Below are positions 27,785-32,896 of a DNA stretch of 32,896 bases, piece after piece (the stretch's first letter is position 1; every line of letters begins with the position of its first letter). The stretch spans positions 1-32,896 of the forward strand of contig WJLK01000035.1 of NCBI GenBank assembly GCA_014728565.1. The letters are read 5' to 3'. Made by a program: the position numbers and the translations under genes. The stretch is from Candidatus Pacearchaeota archaeon (lineage in GTDB: Archaea; Nanobdellota; Nanobdellia; Pacearchaeales; GW2011-AR1). The notes beneath the pieces were generated by a model, which was not told where the DNA came from, ran no database searches, and saw nothing but the letters and a program-made list of their open reading frames with translations.

Positions 27785-27911
27785 TTTTCTCCTTTTTTTT
27801 AACTTTTTTTTCAATTAAAGAAATAATCTCTGTATTAATATCTCTGTCTATTAATTTCTTAAATTTCTCCCATAATTCTTCATTCTCTATTAAAAGTAGG
27901 TATTTTTTCAT
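27774..27911 (-). CDS. Small ribbon-helix-helix-like protein (45 aa), not in the ORF track
   Basis: ATG 27911 gives MKKYLLLIENEELWEKFKKLIDRDINTEIISLIEKKVKKKEKNDK*: beta strand, helix, turn, helix. Its stop overlaps the start of the next gene; TATA-like TTTAAATA at 27957-27950. Confidence 0.65.
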   Translation of the reverse strand: MKKYLLLIENEELWEKFKKLIDRDINTEIISLIEKKVKKKEKNDK

Positions 27912-27963
27912 CTCCAGCTCTTTTTTATATTCCTTTGTATAAAACAGCATATTTAAATCTTTC

Positions 27964-27994
27964 TTACTAACTTAGTTAGTTAGTTACTAAGTAA
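27964..27994. promoter_or_regulatory. Operator-like palindromes next to the operon promoter
   Basis: ACTAACT-T-AGTTAGT (27966-27980), TTACT-A-AGTAA (27984-27994), TTACTAA repeated at 20-bp spacing. Confidence 0.5.
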
Positions 27995-28058
27995 ATTTCC
28001 CAAACAAAAATTAAAAATTATAAAAAAAATCAGAAAAAATTGGAAAAAATTAGAATAA

Positions 28059-28130
28059 TGGCCCCACCAAGAATTGAACTTGGCTCTCTTCCACGTCAAG
28101 GAAGTGTTCTAACCATTGAACTATGAGGCC
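28059..28130 (-). tRNA. tRNA-Val(GAC)
   Basis: Reverse complement GGCCTCATAGTTCAATGGTTAGAACA-CTTCC-TTGACGT-GGAAG-AGAGCCAAGTTCAATTCTTGG-TGGGGCC-A. Confidence 0.95.
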
Positions 28131-28162
28131 TTATTTTTATAATAAACCATTATCTTATAAAT

Positions 28163-28441
28163 TTAACTAGCTTTACCTTTTTTACCGCCCTTAACCTGTC
28201 CCCAGTTTTCTCTGATATACCTTACTTTCAAAGAATTTTTATCAATCCTAGCAAGATAACATAAATCTTCAAAAAAATCTCTTGGCAAAGTTCTTCTCTC
28301 AATATAATAATTTTTAAGTGTTGAATATTTAATATTAAATCCAAACTGTAGAATTCCTCTCAATGAAAAACAACCAATTCTCTCTATAACTAGATCTAAG
28401 AATTTTCTCTGCTCTCCTTTTTTAAACAAAACTCTGTCCAT
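28163..28441 (-). CDS. Small HTH-like protein ending in NWGQVKGG
   Basis: FKKGEQRKFL...SLRGILQFGFNIKYSTLKNYYIERRTLP (XRE-like HTH pattern); C-terminal WGQVKGGK. Confidence 0.7.
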   Translation of the reverse strand: MDRVLFKKGEQRKFLDLVIERIGCFSLRGILQFGFNIKYSTLKNYYIERRTLPRDFFEDLCYLARIDKNSLKVRYIRENWGQVKGGKKGKAS

Positions 28442-28565
28442 TTCCCTAAATAAATCTTTTGATTTTTGATGTTTTCTAAATCTTTATAACTCCGACACCA
28501 TAAGAGTGAAAAAGTTTAAAAACCTATCTTTTCAATCAATTATATCAAAAAATCCAGATAGCACA

Positions 28566-28874
28566 ATGAAAATCCCAAAAAAAACAAACAGATTCTGTCC
28601 TAAATGCAACAAAAAAACAGAACATAAAATAGATATAGTAAGCACTGGTTTTAAAAGAGGAACTCTCACTAGAGGTTCTATCTCAAGAACAAAGGCAAGA
28701 GGAGGATCAGCTGGAAAAGGTAATAAAGGAAAATATAGTAGAAAAGCTATTAAAAACTGGAAAAGAAAGACAAAAACAACAACCAGGAAAGTGTTAATCT
28801 ACAAATGCCAGGAATGCAAAAAATCAACTCTTGCAAAAAAATCCAGGAGAGTAAGCAAATTATTAATTGAATAA
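28566..28874 (+). CDS. rpl44e: 50S ribosomal protein eL42 (L44e)
   Basis: MKIPKKTNRFCPKCNKKTEH...YKCQECKKS zinc ribbon. ATG 28566 preferred. Confidence 0.93.
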   Translation: MKIPKKTNRFCPKCNKKTEHKIDIVSTGFKRGTLTRGSISRTKARGGSAGKGNKGKYSRKAIKNWKRKTKTTTRKVLIYKCQECKKSTLAKKSRRVSKLLIE

Positions 28875-28881
28875 TATAAAA

Positions 28882-29589
28882 ATGGTAAAACAAACAAAAG
28901 TCCTTACTAGAAGAAAAAAATTCATTAAAGTAAATATTCCTTTTATAAAACAAGAAATAGAACTTCTAGGAATCAGTCCTAAGGATGTGGAAAACAAAAC
29001 AATAAAACTTGATTTAACAAGACAGTTAAAAGGAAAAAGCATAGAGGCTACTGTAAAAGTAAAAATTGAAAATGAAAAACCAGTGACTCATCCAGTTAAA
29101 TTAAGATTAATGCCTTACTTCATAAGAAGAATGATAAGGAAAAGAGTAAGTTATGTAGAGGATTCTTTTGAGACTCCGAGCCAGGAATCACTGCTAAAAG
29201 TAAAACCTTTTTTTATAACAAGAAAAAGAGTCTCAAGAGCAGTTAGAAAAACTCTAAGAAACAAAGCTAAAAACTGGATAGAAGATTACTTAAGAACAAA
29301 AAAAGACGAGGAAATTTTTAATGAAATTGTAACTAATAAAATACAAAAACCTCTTTCACTAAACCTCAAAAAAACTTATCCTCTGTCATTATGTGAAATA
29401 AAAGTTCTTGAGATAAAAATACCTCTTAAACCAGAAGAGATTCCAAAAGAAGAAATCCAGGAACCAGAAAAAAAATCTGAGCTAAAAGATGAATTAGAAA
29501 AAATTGAAAACCAAAAAATCAAAGAAGCAGAACAGGATATCAAAGAAACACAGAAAAAAGCATTAGAAAAAGATAATAAAAAAGATTAA
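28882..29589 (+). CDS. rps3ae: 30S ribosomal protein eS1 (S3Ae), divergent, with charged C-terminal extension
   Basis: FIRRMIRKRVSYVEDSF, LKVKPFFIT, RKTLR, LKKTYPLSLCEIKVLEI correspond to eS1 motifs. ATG 28882 preferred. Confidence 0.85.
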   Translation: MVKQTKVLTRRKKFIKVNIPFIKQEIELLGISPKDVENKTIKLDLTRQLKGKSIEATVKVKIENEKPVTHPVKLRLMPYFIRRMIRKRVSYVEDSFETPSQESLLKVKPFFITRKRVSRAVRKTLRNKAKNWIEDYLRTKKDEEIFNEIVTNKIQKPLSLNLKKTYPLSLCEIKVLEIKIPLKPEEIPKEEIQEPEKKSELKDELEKIENQKIKEAEQDIKETQKKALEKDNKKD

Positions 29590-29655
29590 GCTTCAATAAC
29601 TATAAAAACTTTCATAATTCTTATTAAGCTCTCAAAAATTGTAACTAAAATCATT

Positions 29656-30654
29656 TTATGATTTAACTGCTCCAAAAACAATATTTCCTGAACAAGATCC
29701 AGCAACACCTATTGGAACATAAATTCTCCAGTAAGTGTCATTTAATGCCTCATTTTCAGTATCATTCTGCCTAAAAGCTAAATCAAACTGCTCTGTCACT
29801 GGACTGCTAGTTAAATTAGTATAATTTGCCTCAAACTGACTTAAAGTAAGAGTTCCAGGATGAGACTCTGTAACATTATATTTCTCCCAAAAGATTGAAA
29901 TATTCTGAACATTTCCATAAGTGCAGTTCATTGCATAACCATCTCCCTCAGTTCTTGCATAACCACTTAAATCAAGATCAATATCAACATTTCCATAATT
30001 TATAACAGAGGTTATGTTTTCATCAGAAACATAAGTTGCATTAACTGTACCATAATTTATAGTATCTGGAAGACCTACTGCAAGCAACTCATCAACAAAA
30101 CTAATGTTACTTCCTGTAGCATTCCAATTCTGAGTATCATTAATCCAGACTGTGCAGTTCCAGTCAGTTGAATTTGCATAATACTGAACAGGAAAAGTAC
30201 AGTTTAAGAGAGCTAAAAATTCATCATCAGTATAACCCATAAAACTAGTGAAATTTCTGGTTATATTGCAACTATCATTTGTATAATGAAAATTATTATC
30301 ATCACTGTCGCCATAAGAAGAACTGGTTGCAAAAAACCTTCCCCAACCAGAATTAAGATCAGTATCATTATTATAATCTCTAACTACAGCTATGCAAGTA
30401 ACTAACTGGGTACTATTCGGACTCAGGGTAACATTATCACCATAGTTAATATGAACACTCAAAAGTTCAGGCCATGTATTTCCAACCTCCAAATAAGTAA
30501 TAACAGTAACATTTCCCCCAACACCTCCAAAAACAGGAGAGCTAAATAATGGAAGTATTAGAAAAATCAATAGAGATTCAATTAAAATAAAAAAGACTAG
30601 TTCTAGTTTCCACCCTACTTTTTTTATTCTTTGTTTAAATTTTCCAAATTTCAT
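29656..30654 (-). CDS. Secreted sequon-rich beta protein, 332 aa
   Basis: Signal peptide; paired Cys; C-terminal domain TINYG...INYGNVDID...YWRIYVP..G...GNIVFGA; no C-terminal TM. Confidence 0.8.
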   Translation of the reverse strand: MKFGKFKQRIKKVGWKLELVFFILIESLLIFLILPLFSSPVFGGVGGNVTVITYLEVGNTWPELLSVHINYGDNVTLSPNSTQLVTCIAVVRDYNNDTDLNSGWGRFFATSSSYGDSDDNNFHYTNDSCNITRNFTSFMGYTDDEFLALLNCTFPVQYYANSTDWNCTVWINDTQNWNATGSNISFVDELLAVGLPDTINYGTVNATYVSDENITSVINYGNVDIDLDLSGYARTEGDGYAMNCTYGNVQNISIFWEKYNVTESHPGTLTLSQFEANYTNLTSSPVTEQFDLAFRQNDTENEALNDTYWRIYVPIGVAGSCSGNIVFGAVKS

Positions 30655-30656
30655 TT

Positions 30657-31430
30657 TTAATCAAGCTCAATATAAAGATAATAAGCAGTTCTTGTATCTG
30701 ATCCAGGAGTTGCATCTTCAGGAACAATCATCTGAAAATCATAAGTATTTCCATCAAAACCAACCTCACCTTCCTCTGAAAGTGCTGCATAAATAATATC
30801 TGAACCATCGTACAAAGCAACCTCCTCCCAGTAATTCTGATCACTCTGATTATTTGTATAGGTATTAGTAGTTGGACATGAATTTGCAGTTATGGATATT
30901 GTTCCAACATAAAAAGATTCATGAGCTCCTGATTCAGTTTCATTATTGCTTTCATTAAAAGTGGCATTAAAAGTAACAGTTAAATTATCATTAGGACTTG
31001 TATGATTAAAATAAGTATTTTCATTATTCAGATGAGTTATATTAGAACAATTTATATTGGTCCATGTTGGTGTCGTTGAATTTTTAGTAGCAAAAACTCT
31101 TCCACTAGCTGATGTAAACCCCCAATCAAATATTGTTGAACCTGTCTGATCAGTTAGTGCAAACTGTCCATTAATCCACCCAACAAATGCTTTCCAGTGA
31201 GTATTTTTTGTAGTTGTACTTAAATTCAAAGTTGCAATATATCCTCCAGATATATTAATCTCTTTTCCTGAAACATCAGATTTAGTCTCATTAGCAGTTA
31301 CATTTATAGAATCAGGACCTTGAGGAACAGCATTAATACTTGCTAAAGAAAAAAGTAAAATTATTCCAATTATTAAAAGAATTACAATTAAGTTCTGCAC
31401 TACTTCTTCTTTATTTTCAGGCCTCTTCAT
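30657..31430 (-). CDS. Secreted protein, paralog of 31520-32341
   Basis: Signal peptide then VPQGP; GGYIATLNL...WKAFVG...IFDW...GRVFA...W.NINC...YDFQMIVPE...YYLYIELD. Confidence 0.85.
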   Translation of the reverse strand: MKRPENKEEVVQNLIVILLIIGIILLFSLASINAVPQGPDSINVTANETKSDVSGKEINISGGYIATLNLSTTTKNTHWKAFVGWINGQFALTDQTGSTIFDWGFTSASGRVFATKNSTTPTWTNINCSNITHLNNENTYFNHTSPNDNLTVTFNATFNESNNETESGAHESFYVGTISITANSCPTTNTYTNNQSDQNYWEEVALYDGSDIIYAALSEEGEVGFDGNTYDFQMIVPEDATPGSDTRTAYYLYIELD

Positions 31431-31519
31431 TTTTATCTCTGTACTTTACCTTTCTCCACTGAGAGTTAAGAAAATTCCTACTAACTAGAGCAAAGTTCCC
31501 TTAAATAATAATAGAAACT

Positions 31520-32341
31520 TTACTCTAGCTCTACATAAAAGTAGTATATTGTAGGGTCTAAATCAGTTCCATGTCCGTCATCCAAAACAAGCATCTCAAA
31601 GTCATGATACTCATTATCAAAACCACTGACATCCTCTTCATCAAGTATTGATGTAAAAACAACTACCTGATTATCAGGGTCATAAAGCAAAACTTCCTGA
31701 AATTGACTGTCTGCTCCAGAACCTGAATGATTGAAAAGGTGTGTGCTTAAACACTCTCCAGCATTAAACTCTAAGTTGTTTGTATAAAACAAATCATGAG
31801 TTAAACCATCACCGCTTTCATGAGTTCCAGCCAAGCTAAAAGTCTCATTAACTCCGTCAACATCATCCCATTCTATATCTGTAGAATTCTCTAGCTGAGA
31901 GAGGTTCATACCATAAAAACTAGTTGCTCCTCTCTGCGATGAATCATCTGCATAGGTTCCTGTTGCAGTAAAGTTAAAACACTGTATATTAGTCCAGGTA
32001 ACTGAACTCTCATTAGCTGCATAAACCTCACCTTCTGGACTTGCCAGAGACCAGTTATAAAGTACATTATCACTAGCATCTGCTAAATAAATAGTACCTG
32101 AAACATTTCCATAATAACCCTGCCAGTTTTGTGTAATAGTATAACCTGTAATATCAAGTTCAGTTACATTACCAGCATAGGCATCATGGTCCTGTGGATT
32201 ATGCCATGGAGCATTTTCTGTTTTTACTTCTGTATAATTTGCTCCTTTTGGAACAACAGACATAACTGTATTCACTGATAAAAAACATATAACTAAAAAA
32301 CCTAACCCTAGTAGGAAAAGTATTCTCACTATTTTATTCAT
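31520..32341 (-). CDS. Secreted protein, paralog of 30657-31430
   Basis: Signal peptide then VPKGA; AGNVTELDI...WQGYYGNVSG...LYNW...GEVYA...W.NIQC...HDFEMLV...YYFYVELE; GAGGT ribosome-binding site upstream. Confidence 0.85.
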   Translation of the reverse strand: MNKIVRILFLLGLGFLVICFLSVNTVMSVVPKGANYTEVKTENAPWHNPQDHDAYAGNVTELDITGYTITQNWQGYYGNVSGTIYLADASDNVLYNWSLASPEGEVYAANESSVTWTNIQCFNFTATGTYADDSSQRGATSFYGMNLSQLENSTDIEWDDVDGVNETFSLAGTHESGDGLTHDLFYTNNLEFNAGECLSTHLFNHSGSGADSQFQEVLLYDPDNQVVVFTSILDEEDVSGFDNEYHDFEMLVLDDGHGTDLDPTIYYFYVELE

Positions 32342-32565
32342 GCTACCTCTTTTTTACCCTCCTTTCATATAATAACTAAAAAGTTTACAAAATGATATGT
32401 GCTTTTTTCTTTATAAAGGTTTCGTTTTTTCAATAATGAAAATTTATTTCATAAATGATTTGAAATTAAAAAAATAAAATAGATTTTCAAAAATAATGAT
32501 TATTTTTAATATTGAGAAAATTTATAAACTTTAAAATCTATAATAAAACAGGAATATTTAAAAAA

Positions 32566-32896
32566 ATGGAAATTTTAAAAGATCTCTTTGATGAAAAAAT
32601 ATTAGAAACCATAAACCTTTTTTTAGATAATCCTGAAAAAAGATTCTCCTTAACAGATGTTTCTGGACTAACCAAAGTTAATATTGCCACAACTTTTAGA
32701 ATTTTAAATAAATTAACTAATAAAAATTTCATAAAAACAATATTAATTGGAAAAATAAGAGTCTACCAACTAGAAAAAAATGAAAAAACACTGGCACTAA
32801 CAAGATTCCTAAAAAAAGATGAAAATCCTCTTCATGATTTCATAGCTAAAACAACTACTCACCCAAGAATAAAAAAGATAATCCTAGAATCTAGAG
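32566..32896 (+). CDS. Winged-HTH DNA-binding protein, partial (runs off the window)
   Basis: Not in the ORF track. MEILKDLFDEKILETINLFLDNPEKRFSLTDVSGLTKVNIATTFRILNKLTNKNFIKTILIGKIRVYQL shows an HTH plus wing; open to the window end. Confidence 0.8.
   Translation, partial: MEILKDLFDEKILETINLFLDNPEKRFSLTDVSGLTKVNIATTFRILNKLTNKNFIKTILIGKIRVYQLEKNEKTLALTRFLKKDENPLHDFIAKTTTHPRIKKIILESR

Noticed and set aside
4755..28130. Integrated element at a tRNA (att duplication)
   Set aside because: No duplicated tRNA 3' end or integrase was noticed by eye.
32354..32368. MKGG four-codon upstream ORF before the secreted cluster
   Set aside because: Readily explained as a by-product of a purine-rich Shine-Dalgarno-like tract.
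28750..32732. ORFs 28750-28953 (-) and 32538-32732 (-)
   Set aside because: Antisense to rpl44e/rps3ae and to the wHTH gene respectively.

Overview
AT-rich archaeal chromosomal segment. TFB, eS8, eL42, eS1, Sm proteins, an alpha2-type GlyRS, TATA-type promoters and KRAQ-type class III signal proteins point to a DPANN (Pacearchaeota/Woesearchaeota-like) genome; the taxonomy is an inference. The left part is housekeeping and nucleotide housecleaning: SPL-like radical SAM, Memo, MscS, CorA, HIT, two Nudix proteins, a triple-fusion GlyRS, RNase Z, tandem Sm genes, rps8e and tfb. Five intron-less tRNAs are spread over the window. Three clusters encode uncharacterised cell-surface proteins: (i) three Ig-like proteins ending in TG[NM]VI-TM-basic tail; (ii) a ~10 kb operon led by a 45-aa ribbon-helix-helix-like ORF missing from the ORF track, followed by a pilin-signal Cys-rich protein, a 2038-aa Cys-rich secreted giant and a repeat-containing anchored protein; (iii) three sequon-rich secreted proteins divergent from a wHTH regulator. 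Non-coding candidates include a ~100-nt structured element upstream of tfb, a repeat/palindrome-rich interval before tRNA-Leu, and a palindromic operator. No CRISPR array, rRNA, integrase or transposase was seen. All calls are by eye, without database searches.
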